Position numbers and translations under genes: made by a program. Under the pieces are notes generated by a model, which worked only from the letters and a program-made list of their open reading frames with translations, searched no databases and had not been told where the DNA came from. DNA of 64,000 bases from Candidatus Sumerlaeales bacterium (GTDB lineage: Bacteria; Sumerlaeota; Sumerlaeia; Sumerlaeales; Sumerlaeaceae). Below, piece by piece: positions 18,641-28,495 of the stretch. The number at the start of each line of letters is the position of its first letter. Within the stretch, counting starts at the first letter, position 1. Location of the stretch: positions 25,076 to 89,075 of the forward strand of contig JBBSQY010000009.1 in assembly GCA_038243585.1 (NCBI GenBank). Reading direction: 5' to 3'.

Positions 18641-20194
18641 CTATCGCCGTAAAATTTCGCTGCCCAGCATTACTGTTGCCCAAATGACTGCTGCTCCCAG
18701 TACATCGAAGATTATGCCGGTTTTTACCATTCGGGTTATGGGGACGTATCCGGTGCCGTAGACAATGGCGTTTGGCGGGGTTGATACTGGTAGCATAAAA
18801 CCAAAACTGGCTCCCATGCAGGCACCCAGTGCGGGGGCAAGGGGGTCGACGCCGGCGGCCTGGGCCACGCTGATTGCCACTGGCACAACCATGGTGGCCG
18901 AAGCTGTGTTGCTGGTGGTTTCGCTAATGAGGATGCCGAAGATAATCGCCATGAGCGTGATCATCCCAACGCTGGAAACGTTAGTGCCTCTCAGTATAGA
19001 CTCTCCGATTTCGCTGGCCAGCCCCGTGTTGAACGCCAGTTTTCCCAGAGCGATGCCGCCACCGAACAGCAAAATAGTACCCCAATCGATGCGCACAGCT
19101 TGATGCCAAGTGATTGTGAACTCGCCCCGGCGCATGTTTACCGGCAGCAGAAACAGCATCGATGCTGCAAGCACGGCCACTACCCCCTCGGGCATCACAT
19201 CGCTATATTTATCGGCCATAAGTCGCGCGGTCTCTCCCGGGAAAAGTGCCAGCAGCCCAGGCAAAGTCCAAAGAATCACCGCCGTAAAAAACGCGATCAA
19301 CGTGTTTATCTGGCCGCGTGTCCACCGTCCCAGTCCGGATTTCCGCTCGCTCAGGTACTCTTTCAGGCCGTCAATGCCGCCAGTTTTGGGTTTATACATG
19401 ATCAGGATGACCACATATAACAGGCCGAACATTATCAGAGTCGCGGGCAGGGCAAACACCATCCAGCGTACGAAGGAGATATCGACATCGAGGGTCTGGC
19501 GGATGAGGCCAATGCCGATTAAGTTCGGCGGTGTGCCAATGGGGGTGGCGATACCGCCGACGCTGGCGCCGTAGGCGAGAATCAGCATCAGGCCGGTGGC
19601 CACTTTTAAGTGGTCCGCCTGCGCTCCGGGCGTGTTTCGCCGGTTAAAAAGTTCCCGCATTTCCGCAATTATGCCGAGGCCTATCGGGGCCATCATAGCG
19701 ACGGTGGCCGTGTTGCTGAGCCACATGCTGAGGAACATGGCGATGCCGCCGAAGACGAGAAATACCCGGGCGATGCTGTTGCCGACCCAATCCAGTCCCA
19801 AAAGTCCCAAAGCGATGCGCCGGTCTAGACCATGGACCATCATGGCTTCCGCCAAAATGAAACCGCCGATAAAAAGAAACACGATGGGGTCGCCGAAGGA
19901 GGCCAGAAGCTCTTTAGCAGGGGCGATCCCAAACATTACGCAAAGGGCCGGAGCCAGGATGGCCGTCACGGGAATGGGACTAGGTTCGCACATCCACCAG
20001 ACGAGGGTGAGTGCGAGGATCGCGGCGAGTTTCGCCGCTTCAGGACTGACGCCCTGGACGGGGAAAACGAGCAGTAGAACGAAAAGCAAAGGTCCCAGCC
20101 AGAGACCGGTCAGCCGACGGATGCGATCAAAGCGCTCTTCGCCGGCAGTTATCAGACCCTCAGGGTCGATGGTATGTGAGTTTGGCTCGGTCAT
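18641..20194 (-). CDS. DASS/SLC13 sodium-coupled anion symporter
   Basis: Two SNT motifs, TPIGTPPN, PVSTPPNAIVY, many TM helices. Confidence 0.93.
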   Translation of the reverse strand: MTEPNSHTIDPEGLITAGEERFDRIRRLTGLWLGPLLFVLLLVFPVQGVSPEAAKLAAILALTLVWWMCEPSPIPVTAILAPALCVMFGIAPAKELLASFGDPIVFLFIGGFILAEAMMVHGLDRRIALGLLGLDWVGNSIARVFLVFGGIAMFLSMWLSNTATVAMMAPIGLGIIAEMRELFNRRNTPGAQADHLKVATGLMLILAYGASVGGIATPIGTPPNLIGIGLIRQTLDVDISFVRWMVFALPATLIMFGLLYVVILIMYKPKTGGIDGLKEYLSERKSGLGRWTRGQINTLIAFFTAVILWTLPGLLALFPGETARLMADKYSDVMPEGVVAVLAASMLFLLPVNMRRGEFTITWHQAVRIDWGTILLFGGGIALGKLAFNTGLASEIGESILRGTNVSSVGMITLMAIIFGILISETTSNTASATMVVPVAISVAQAAGVDPLAPALGACMGASFGFMLPVSTPPNAIVYGTGYVPITRMVKTGIIFDVLGAAVIWATVMLGSEILRR

Positions 20195-20388
20195 GGTTGT
20201 CGTCCTTTATATGGAGAGCAGAAAATCACTGAAAACCCGTGGTTCAATAAATTTCCGTATTAACGAAGCAATCATTAGGACTCAGTACGCAATTCAAGCC
20301 ATGCATCTGCTTGATTCCATGTGGAATGGCATTGGCTACTCTTTCAGATGTTAAACAAAAATTGAAAGCATCCAGGAGATCACACTTG

Positions 20389-21189
20389 ATGAAACGAATT
20401 CCTCTACTCATTTTGGGCGTTGCCGTCACCGCGACACTCTCAGCCAAAACCGTAACAAAGGTCGTTGAATACGATGCAGGCGGCACCCATTTCAACGGTG
20501 TTTCGGCTGTAGATCCTGAACGGGAGGGCAAGCGTCCAGGGGTGCTGTTGATTCCTGAGTACTGGGGCGTCAACGACTATATAACCAGCCGCGCGACCAT
20601 GCTGGCTGACATAGGCTATGTGGCATTCGTTGCCGATATGTATGGAGAGGGGCGAGTCACCAAGGACTCGGCAGAAGCAGGGAAGTGGTCTGGTGAGGTA
20701 AAGGGCGACCGCTTGATGATGCGTTTGCGTGCAAATGCAGCATTGGAACAATTGAAAGCGCATCCCGATGTAAATCCTGACCAAATCGCGGCCATCGGCT
20801 TTTGTTTCGGCGGAACCACAGTGCTTGAGATGGCACGATCAAATTTCGACGTTTTGGGCGTAGTCAGCTTTCACGGTGGGCTTGAAAAAGGCGATGCCGA
20901 ATCCAGCCCCACGATTAAACCTAAAGTTGTGGTACTGCACGGGTCGGCCGATCCTCATGTATCCGACGCGTCCGTGGCCGCGCTCCGAGACGATTTAAAC
21001 GCTGCTGAAGCCGACTGGTACATGGTCGCTTATGGTCATGCGGTTCACGCGTTTACAAATCCTGCCGCTGGCAATGACCCATCCAAAGGGGTTGCTTACA
21101 ACGCGACAGCCGACAAGCGGTCTTGGGACGCGATGCGGCATTTCTTCGACGAGCTGTTCCCCGATTTCGTTGCTAGTGGAACACATTAA
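20389..21189 (+). CDS. Dienelactone hydrolase family protein, exported
   Basis: PEYWG, GFCFGG nucleophile, D and HAF triad residues; signal peptide; AGGAG RBS. Confidence 0.92.
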   Translation: MKRIPLLILGVAVTATLSAKTVTKVVEYDAGGTHFNGVSAVDPEREGKRPGVLLIPEYWGVNDYITSRATMLADIGYVAFVADMYGEGRVTKDSAEAGKWSGEVKGDRLMMRLRANAALEQLKAHPDVNPDQIAAIGFCFGGTTVLEMARSNFDVLGVVSFHGGLEKGDAESSPTIKPKVVVLHGSADPHVSDASVAALRDDLNAAEADWYMVAYGHAVHAFTNPAAGNDPSKGVAYNATADKRSWDAMRHFFDELFPDFVASGTH

Positions 21190-21231
21190 CTGGATTTGAA
21201 AAATGCCTGTTGTTCTGAAGTAAAGAAACTG

Positions 21232-21255
21232 GCGCGGGGGCATTCGCCCCCGCGC
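21232..21255. terminator. GC-rich hairpin, possible terminator
   Basis: 10-bp stem GCGCGGGGGC/GCCCCCGCGC; no clear U-tract. Confidence 0.4.
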
Positions 21256-21355
21256 AAAGTCTGTTGTAATCAATCTATCCTGTTGCTTATCTACCTGCGG
21301 CCTAGCAATATTTTCTTAGAAACAGCGGAGAATAGAACGGAGAGGTTTGATAGCG

Positions 21356-21670
21356 ATGATAGTGGTAAACACGGAGTATGTGGCGGGGCGCGAGATAATG
21401 GAGATCAAAGGGCTCGTGCAGGGGAGTACTGTTCGGGCGAAGCACCTTGGTCGTGATATTGCCGCAGGGGTTAAAAATATGTTTGGCGGCGAGCTGAAAG
21501 GCTACACTGAGTTGCTGGTGGATGCCCGCCGGGAGGCTACCGAACGGATGATAAGCCAGGCGCGGCAACTGGGCGCTAACGCCGTGGTCAACGTGCGGTT
21601 CGCCACAAGTAGCGTGACTTCCGGCGCGGCGGAGCTTTACGTATATGGCACGGCCGTGGTGTTGATTTAA
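21356..21670 (+). CDS. YbjQ/UPF0145 family protein
   Basis: GLVQG...GRDIAAG..GGEL.GY...GANAVVNVR...YGTAV; GGAGAGG RBS. Confidence 0.93.
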   Translation: MIVVNTEYVAGREIMEIKGLVQGSTVRAKHLGRDIAAGVKNMFGGELKGYTELLVDARREATERMISQARQLGANAVVNVRFATSSVTSGAAELYVYGTAVVLI

Positions 21671-21672
21671 TC

Positions 21673-22146
21673 ATGGCGAGCGAAGCGGTAGGCGCAATTA
21701 TCCAATTTGCGTTCCCTGTGGTCATGCTGATAATTTTTTTTTTCATAGGACGAAACGTGGAGCGCCGGCACCTGGAGCGACTGTTGGAGCGCGAATCCGC
21801 CCTCAGCCATATTCGGGTTGAAAACATAAAAAATCTGCCGCCGGGTTGGACTGTGACGGCCGAACCCCTGCTAGTTTATGGTTCCGTGGTGGTCGCGAAC
21901 GACTACTATAAAGTTTTCATAAGCGGGCTTAAGAAAATTGTCGGTGGACGGCTGGGCGAGTACGAACGACTTCTTGATCGCGGGCGCCGTGAGGCAATCG
22001 TGAGAATGAAGACGATGGCGGACGAGCATGGGTGTAATATAGTGTGGAATATGCGCGTGGAGACGGCCATGATGCAGGATCGGCCGGGGCGCGCCGCTTC
22101 CAGTGCAGAACTTTATGCTTACGGTACCGCCATGCGCGTGCAATGA
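21673..22146 (+). CDS. Membrane-anchored YbjQ family protein
   Basis: N-terminal TM helix, then GSVVV...GGRL.EY...R.RREA...AYGTA. Confidence 0.88.
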   Translation: MASEAVGAIIQFAFPVVMLIIFFFIGRNVERRHLERLLERESALSHIRVENIKNLPPGWTVTAEPLLVYGSVVVANDYYKVFISGLKKIVGGRLGEYERLLDRGRREAIVRMKTMADEHGCNIVWNMRVETAMMQDRPGRAASSAELYAYGTAMRVQ

Positions 22147-22925
22147 AACGTGATACCGAAAGTGTATTCGATGAACCGTGGATGCAGCCAGATCCGGAAC
22201 GGCCGATAGTTGGCCCGCCGCCGCTTCCAGGCCCCCATGCGATGCCGGACAGATATAAACAGACGGATGCCGACAACATGGATCAGTCTGCCATGGAGCG
22301 AGTTCTGCATTCGGTCTATAGTGAGCCGGCACACAGGCCCGAAAGTGGAGAGACCGAGCTAACTCAGCTAATCAATAAGCGCCGGGCTGGACTTTCGCCT
22401 ATGGTGCTAGCGGGCGTTGTTATTTTATGTGCACTTCTGGCCGGACCAATTTCTGTTCTGGGCACACTGGCGGCCGGTGGCCAGGGCTTCTTCGGGATTT
22501 TGTACCTGTTGGCGGCTGGGCCAGTGATTGAAGAGATGATGAAGCTCGGAGGACTCCTTTTTCTGCTTGAGAAGAAGCCGTGGTACATAGTAAAAGGGTG
22601 GCATATTATTGCTGCTGCCTGTGTTTCCGCACTGCTTTTCGGTGTGATCGAGAACCTCGTCTATAGCGGATTCTACTTGTCGTCGCTTAGCAGCGCGGCA
22701 CGAGAAAATCTTATGCAGTTTCGATGGACAGTGACGGTGCCGCTACACGTGGGCACAACATTGGTGGGCGCACTAGGCCTGCGTACCGCGTGGCGAGCAA
22801 CAGTCGCAAAAGGGCGGCTGTTTGATTCCCAGGTGGCCGAGCCATACATCGCTGCTGCGGTGATCATCCACGGCGGATATAATGCGCTGGCAATGCTGCT
22901 GGGTGAGTATATGACTAGTGGGTAA
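22143..22925 (+). CDS. PrsW-family glutamic intramembrane protease
   Basis: EEMMK, FGVIEN, LH and HGGYN motifs; ATGA overlap with the upstream stop. Confidence 0.82.
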   Translation: MKRDTESVFDEPWMQPDPERPIVGPPPLPGPHAMPDRYKQTDADNMDQSAMERVLHSVYSEPAHRPESGETELTQLINKRRAGLSPMVLAGVVILCALLAGPISVLGTLAAGGQGFFGILYLLAAGPVIEEMMKLGGLLFLLEKKPWYIVKGWHIIAAACVSALLFGVIENLVYSGFYLSSLSSAARENLMQFRWTVTVPLHVGTTLVGALGLRTAWRATVAKGRLFDSQVAEPYIAAAVIIHGGYNALAMLLGEYMTSG

Positions 22926-22997
22926 GTTTTTTAGAAGTCCGGCGTCCAGGTTAGCTAAAGTTGCTTGCCGCCCTATGATGCCGCCACTATGTGCTAA

Positions 22998-24290
22998 TTA
23001 GTATAATTGCCAATTGTCGGCAGACGTAAATTCGAATGCGGCCGTGGCCGTATCGGTGAAAGTCATGGGAATCGAAGCGCCAGCGTTTGCATCGCTGTAC
23101 ATGACGGTAATTATGCCTGCATCTGTGGTTTCTAAAATGTTATTAAAAGGCGATGCCGGGCCAGCTGACGTGCCCATGGATATGCTGCCAGTGTACACGT
23201 TGTCGTCGTCTGGATCGGAAACCAGCACGGTTTCTGAATCGCCCCCAGTCGCGGTTACCGCTACGACAAAACCCGAAGTCGGAAGGTTGTCCTCAACAAC
23301 AGATATATAAATTATCGCTTCGGCCCCGTAAGTATCGGCGTCGGTGGTAATCCCCGGAATCAAATTCGTAAATTGACTGGTGCGGCTGACTCCCTCGCGG
23401 CCTGGTGAGTCTGCAACTATGTTGCTCCGAAAGCAGGGACCGTCACTTTCGTAGTCCCTGTCACCAGTTACAAGAATACCCTCGATTTCACTGGTTGCCG
23501 TATTAAATATAGGACTACCGCTGTTGCCCCCGTATGTGTCCGTATTGACCATGAAAATGCTTGAGTTTCTATCTTGTGTGATCCGCGTGTTTGATCCGAA
23601 AGCAATTTTTGTAGGCAGTCCGCCGGGATGGCCAATTACCCCAATGCTGGTGCTTACGGCTGGCGTTCCCTTTCGACGCAACGATTGGACGACGGCTCCC
23701 GGAGAAGTGACGGCGCGATCCAGCCGAATCACCGCATAATCAAGATCACCCACCAGCGCACGTCCCACAATAGCCGTTCCCTGGTAAACCTGGTTGGCGT
23801 TCACTGTTGATACGGGCGTGGTAGAGTTGGTCATTTTCAATCCGAAAACGAATCGCGTGGCGGATAAGTCGGGGGTATTATAGCAGTGGCCGGCCGTGGC
23901 AATAAGATCTGGTCCAACCAGGAAGCCAGTGCAAAAAGCGGCTACGGGCTGATTGGCAAACGGTTCGTCTGCGCAAGGGGGCCTGCCGAGTTGGATGTAC
24001 GAACGAAGAGTTATGTTGAAAGTGTTTCCAGCGGATGGAGTTACGTTCGTCGCATTTAAAAGACCGCACGTTGACGCCGCCTGCTGAAGGCGACCGGCGT
24101 CGCTTACCTGGTACACATCCAGACGATCATCGGTGCCGTAGATGATTTTGGGGATATTGCCCCGTTGCGGCAACACATAAGGCTGATCACCAATCTCCGT
24201 GCGCTGAGCCGCTGTTCTGGTAAAATCGTCTGCTGCGCAAGTCGCCGGCAGCGCTAACAGCGCCAAATATATAACTAAGCGATTTTTCAT
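22998..24290 (-). CDS. Secreted trypsin-like serine protease with C-terminal extension
   Basis: Signal peptide; triad TAGHC, DYA, GNSGSP; ends in TSADNWQLY. Confidence 0.9.
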   Translation of the reverse strand: MKNRLVIYLALLALPATCAADDFTRTAAQRTEIGDQPYVLPQRGNIPKIIYGTDDRLDVYQVSDAGRLQQAASTCGLLNATNVTPSAGNTFNITLRSYIQLGRPPCADEPFANQPVAAFCTGFLVGPDLIATAGHCYNTPDLSATRFVFGLKMTNSTTPVSTVNANQVYQGTAIVGRALVGDLDYAVIRLDRAVTSPGAVVQSLRRKGTPAVSTSIGVIGHPGGLPTKIAFGSNTRITQDRNSSIFMVNTDTYGGNSGSPIFNTATSEIEGILVTGDRDYESDGPCFRSNIVADSPGREGVSRTSQFTNLIPGITTDADTYGAEAIIYISVVEDNLPTSGFVVAVTATGGDSETVLVSDPDDDNVYTGSISMGTSAGPASPFNNILETTDAGIITVMYSDANAGASIPMTFTDTATAAFEFTSADNWQLY

Positions 24291-24347
24291 AAAGAATCCT
24301 TAAGATGACGCGCATGGTGAGATCTTTAAGAGACGGGCGACGGTTTG

Positions 24348-25028
24348 TTATCGCTGGTTGGCGGGCGGACCCATTTCGCGCAGGTAGATAAACATCTGAA
24401 CGATGCCGCGCATGATGCCGTTGGTGTCCAGATTGATCAGGTACTGGCTGTCTGCGCTTTTCTGGCGGCCCATGATCATCGCGTCCCCAGGGTGCAGGCG
24501 GCGATCTGCAAACTCCACCAGGGTGCGGCAGGTGCGGTTTTCGATGATTTTGCCTTCGATCTGTATGGTTGTGTGGCCATTGCCGAAGCCTTTGCTATAA
24601 CGCTGCTGCGGGTCACCACTATGTATTTCCGTGATTCGCGTCTCCAGGGTCAGCGCCTGCGGGCGTTTCCCGCTGAACCACGGGTCATCTGAAACAAACT
24701 TAAAAATGCCTGCTCCCTGCAACTGGCCGGTCAGCCCGGCCTGCAAGCTTGTGCTTATCTGAGTAGCGATGGCATGGTCTATCTGCGGACAGCGATAATA
24801 GGCGGATGGATCGATGCGCGTGGGGGCGACATAGAGGGTTCGGTATTCGCGCACATCGAAGGCGGGATTAAACCAGACCTGTTCAAGCTGTACCCCGCCC
24901 ACATGACCAAGGCGGTGGTAATCCTGGAGATAACCGGTCTGCTGCGCGGAGGTAACCTGAGCCGAGGTGACGCCGACGGAGGCGACAATGGCAATTGTGA
25001 TTAGCGGGGTAAGAAATCGAATGTTCAT
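24348..25028 (-). CDS. DUF3313-like exported protein
   Basis: Signal peptide, TGYLQDY..L motif, domain length and pattern. Confidence 0.65.
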   Translation of the reverse strand: MNIRFLTPLITIAIVASVGVTSAQVTSAQQTGYLQDYHRLGHVGGVQLEQVWFNPAFDVREYRTLYVAPTRIDPSAYYRCPQIDHAIATQISTSLQAGLTGQLQGAGIFKFVSDDPWFSGKRPQALTLETRITEIHSGDPQQRYSKGFGNGHTTIQIEGKIIENRTCRTLVEFADRRLHPGDAMIMGRQKSADSQYLINLDTNGIMRGIVQMFIYLREMGPPANQR

Positions 25029-25297
25029 GGCCTCGAATGGGAATGCAGGCGTTGGGGGAAAACAAGGATAAAGTGGCGCTCGTGTGCGATTTCCCGTGCT
25101 GTTAAAGAATGGTCGGCCGCCGGATTATGGCAATCAGCTTGAGCCGCTGAATCCCAGTTTGGCCTGCGGCGCGGTAAGTTTTTAAAATTAAAGTTTGACA
25201 CATTCTTCCCAGATTCAGCTTCTGGCTCAGAATTATTGACCGGCCGTTTCGGCTCTTTGAAGTTCATAATGCCGAGCCTTTAGGAGAATCCCCAACG

Positions 25298-25996
25298 TTG
25301 TTGAACACAAAGATTTTGTCGCGAGCAGTCGTGGCACCAGTAGTAGTAATTTCCGCGCTAGCCTTGAGCGCCCGAGCTCGGGCCGCCGCCATCGTCCTTG
25401 ACGATTTTACCAATGGCGTAAATTTCACGCGTTATAACACTGACCCCGATCCAATGCCGAACAATAGCTGGATTTGCGTAGATACCGATTTTAACACGAT
25501 AGCAGAAGATGCGATGCTGGATGGCAGCAATGCGCTGAAAATGTCCGATTCACCGGGAGGCTCAAATGGCTTGTATGCCATTTTCCCGAGCGTTGTTCCA
25601 GAGACCGGAAATTACTTTGTCCGGTGCAAGGTCAAATTTCACGAAATTGGTACCGATGCGCCATTTAACTCGTTTATGATCGCATGCACCGTCAATGGCC
25701 CTCACAGAGTGGGGTCCAATACCATATCAACTACCCAAAGAGACTTGTCTAAAGTTGTACCAGCCGGCGTGTTGACTTCAGAAAACGATTCTGCAAAGCC
25801 GTCGCTGTATCTAGAATCAACTCTTGTTGAAGCTACCCAAGGAGCAGATATTCGTGTGATGCTGAGCACCGCTTCCAATTACACAGGTTCTTCTGGTTCT
25901 AACTGGCAGCAAAGCTATATCCTTGTGGATGAAGTTGTCCTGTTTAAAGAGGGCGACACTGTTCCTGTTTCGCTTTCGGGGTGGACATTGGAGTAG
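25298..25996 (+). CDS. Secreted hypothetical beta-rich protein
   Basis: AGGAG RBS, TTG start, signal peptide, ends in VPVSLSGWTLE. Confidence 0.75.
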   Translation: MLNTKILSRAVVAPVVVISALALSARARAAAIVLDDFTNGVNFTRYNTDPDPMPNNSWICVDTDFNTIAEDAMLDGSNALKMSDSPGGSNGLYAIFPSVVPETGNYFVRCKVKFHEIGTDAPFNSFMIACTVNGPHRVGSNTISTTQRDLSKVVPAGVLTSENDSAKPSLYLESTLVEATQGADIRVMLSTASNYTGSSGSNWQQSYILVDEVVLFKEGDTVPVSLSGWTLE

Positions 25997-26090
25997 CGGC
26001 GCCCGGATATCCAACAAAATCCCAATAGAAACCATGCACTGGCCGACAGTAAGTAAATACGCAGCTTTTCAATTGTAGGGGAGAGAAACT

Positions 26091-27086
26091 ATGCTAAATA
26101 ACCCAGACTCCCTCTCCCAATGCGTCGTTAACTTTGTTCGTAAAGATTTCGTGGTGGTCCATCCGGAGTGGACGGTTACCCAGTGCCTCGAAAGCCTTCG
26201 CGGCGATCAGGAAACCGGGGGAATCTTTTATATCTATGTATGCGACCAGGACGGCGAACTGCTTGGTGTGATCCCTATTCGTCGAATGCTGGCGGTAGAT
26301 CCGAGCACTCGCGCGGAAGATATTATGATCAAGCGGCTGGTAACGCTGTCGGACACTGCTACGGTTTTTGACGCGTGCGAGCTTTTTATTTTCCATAAAT
26401 TCCTGGCTATTCCCGTGGTGGACGCCGAACGGCGACTGGTTGGGATTGTTGACGTTAACGTTTTTACAGAAGAAATGATGGACATGTCTGGACATCAAAA
26501 GGCCGACGACGTTTTTCAATGGATAGGCGTTCGGATGGAAGTGCTCAGCAATGCGTCGCCGCTCCAGGCGTTTCGATACCGGTTCCCCTGGCTTTTGGCT
26601 ACAATGAGCAGTGGAGTCGCGTGCGCTGTGCTGGCCGGCTTTTATGAACAGACTCTGGCCGATGCTGCCATTCTCGCGATGTTTCTGACTGTCGCACTGG
26701 GCTTGGGCGAGAGCGTTAGCATACAGTCTATGACCATGACCATGCAGGCACTCTCAGGACAAACGTCTCTTAAGGAATTTGTTAAGAACCGCCTGATGAA
26801 AGAAGTTCAGACTGCTGCGCTGCTGGCGGTTGCTTGCGGCGCGATCATTGGCGGCGTTTCAATCTTTTGGCCTGGCGCGATGGCGCTCTCTATATCCATC
26901 GGTGTCAGTATCGCTATAACCATCGTTTTTGCCGGGCTTACGGGCCTCGCGGTTCCTACGGTTTTGCACAAGCTTGAGCACGACCCAAAAGCAGCTGCTG
27001 GCCCCATTACGTTGGCGATAGCAGACTTGGCGACTGTTTTTCTATACCTCACGGCAGCGACCATCGCGCTGAAGCTCGCTTCTTAA
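26091..27086 (+). CDS. mgtE: Magnesium transporter MgtE (CBS pair plus TM domain, no N domain)
   Basis: IFYIYV CBS pair, RFPWL, DP.AAAGP.T.AIAD. Confidence 0.88.
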   Translation: MLNNPDSLSQCVVNFVRKDFVVVHPEWTVTQCLESLRGDQETGGIFYIYVCDQDGELLGVIPIRRMLAVDPSTRAEDIMIKRLVTLSDTATVFDACELFIFHKFLAIPVVDAERRLVGIVDVNVFTEEMMDMSGHQKADDVFQWIGVRMEVLSNASPLQAFRYRFPWLLATMSSGVACAVLAGFYEQTLADAAILAMFLTVALGLGESVSIQSMTMTMQALSGQTSLKEFVKNRLMKEVQTAALLAVACGAIIGGVSIFWPGAMALSISIGVSIAITIVFAGLTGLAVPTVLHKLEHDPKAAAGPITLAIADLATVFLYLTAATIALKLAS

Positions 27087-27244
27087 GCATTTTTGGTATA
27101 GGACTGAATCAATGAGCCAGCATTGATTTCTATGGTAAGGGTGATTTTCGATGCACAGTAATTCAGCTAATTAGGCGTCAGAACGATTTGATTTGATTTG
27201 ACACCGCCCTGTGATTTTTGCGTTTTAGTGTTTTCTAAATCTGA

Positions 27245-28495
27245 ATGTCTGTTATTTCTATGCCGGAACTTATTGTAAAACTTGAAGATATAATCCTCCA
27301 GACCTGTCGGTTTGATGGAGATCTTATTCGTATCGGGCGGTCTCGTGAAAACGAGGTCGTGCTCGAAAATTTGAGTGTATCGCGCCACCACGGGCAGATC
27401 CGCTTCCATGACGGTCGCTTTACCCTGACCGACCTCAACAGCGCTAATGGAATCCGGGTGAACGGGGTTCGTGTTGCGAAGATTGAGATAGTTGACGATG
27501 ACGTCATTACTATCGGGAAACACAAAATCATTTTCCGGGGTGATCCAGCCGAAAGCCCCACGATCATAGATGATCCCGCCGCAACCAGACCCCCTTATAA
27601 GAGAAAAGTTGCCCCCGCGGAAGCGAAATCCGAGGCGTGGGTTACCGTGGATTCAGGTCGCTTAAAGGGCCGGGAATTCCGGATTTCGAAATTTGAAACA
27701 AGCTTTGGCAAAGCGCCGTCTAACGATGTGGTGCTGACGGACGACTGGCTCCTTGGTAAGAAGCAGGCCATCATTCTCCGCAAAGGGAACGACGAATTCG
27801 AAATTCAGGATTTGGGCGGTTTGCGGAAGGTGAAAATTAACGGGGACGCTATTTCCGGACGCGCTATCCTTCAGCCTGGCGATGTGCTGGATATGGGAGG
27901 CACCAGGCTTCTGTTTAATATGGATGGCTCAGTGCCGAAACTTTCGCCAACGCCAGTGAATGGTAATCCTACTCCGTCTGAGGATTCGTCAGAGGAAATT
28001 GAAGTAGCGCCAATGTTGGCTCAAGCCGCCCCGTTTGAACAGTGGGCGGAGAATGAAAGCCTGGACATTGAAGATTTTAGCGGCACCATGAGCTTGGGAG
28101 TCCCCCCGGAAACCCCTGCAGGTGAGCAACCATCGGCCGGCGAAAAAGTAGACGCGGCTGTCTCTGCTTCTGCTCGCAACGAAGCGTCGGCGGCATCCAG
28201 CGGCGCGCAAAAGGAAGCTCCGGAAGGTCGGCAACGAAAGGGCGGGCGCGGCAAGCGTCATCAGCGAGCCGCACAGAAGGCGGCTGTTTCTCAGGCGGCA
28301 TCCGCTTCGTATCAAGAACCAGCCAGCCCCTCCGAGCCAGAGGCTGCAAACATATCGGAACCTGCCGCATTACCTGCCACAGATGACAAGGAAGTAAAAA
28401 TTTGGGAAGCGGCTCTGAAAAGTGGCAGCCCGGCCATACGCCGCCAAGCGGCTCGCACTCTGAAAAAGTTAACCGGGAGAGATTATGAAGCCTGA
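27245..28495 (+). CDS. Tandem-FHA protein with disordered C-terminal region (start may be 27260)
   Basis: IGRS...VSRHH...SANG..VNG; second, degenerate FHA domain. Confidence 0.85.
   Translation: MSVISMPELIVKLEDIILQTCRFDGDLIRIGRSRENEVVLENLSVSRHHGQIRFHDGRFTLTDLNSANGIRVNGVRVAKIEIVDDDVITIGKHKIIFRGDPAESPTIIDDPAATRPPYKRKVAPAEAKSEAWVTVDSGRLKGREFRISKFETSFGKAPSNDVVLTDDWLLGKKQAIILRKGNDEFEIQDLGGLRKVKINGDAISGRAILQPGDVLDMGGTRLLFNMDGSVPKLSPTPVNGNPTPSEDSSEEIEVAPMLAQAAPFEQWAENESLDIEDFSGTMSLGVPPETPAGEQPSAGEKVDAAVSASARNEASAASSGAQKEAPEGRQRKGGRGKRHQRAAQKAAVSQAASASYQEPASPSEPEAANISEPAALPATDDKEVKIWEAALKSGSPAIRRQAARTLKKLTGRDYEA

Noticed and set aside
18564..18761. Lys/Glu-rich 65-aa ORF
   Set aside because: It is a translation of the purine-rich repeat and runs antisense into the DASS gene
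22044..22142. Upstream in-frame starts in the ORF track (also for SRAP, pnp, PPIase, PilB, dienelactone hydrolase, DdpX, Kelch)
   Set aside because: Downstream starts have an RBS, translational coupling, a signal peptide or a family-typical N-terminus
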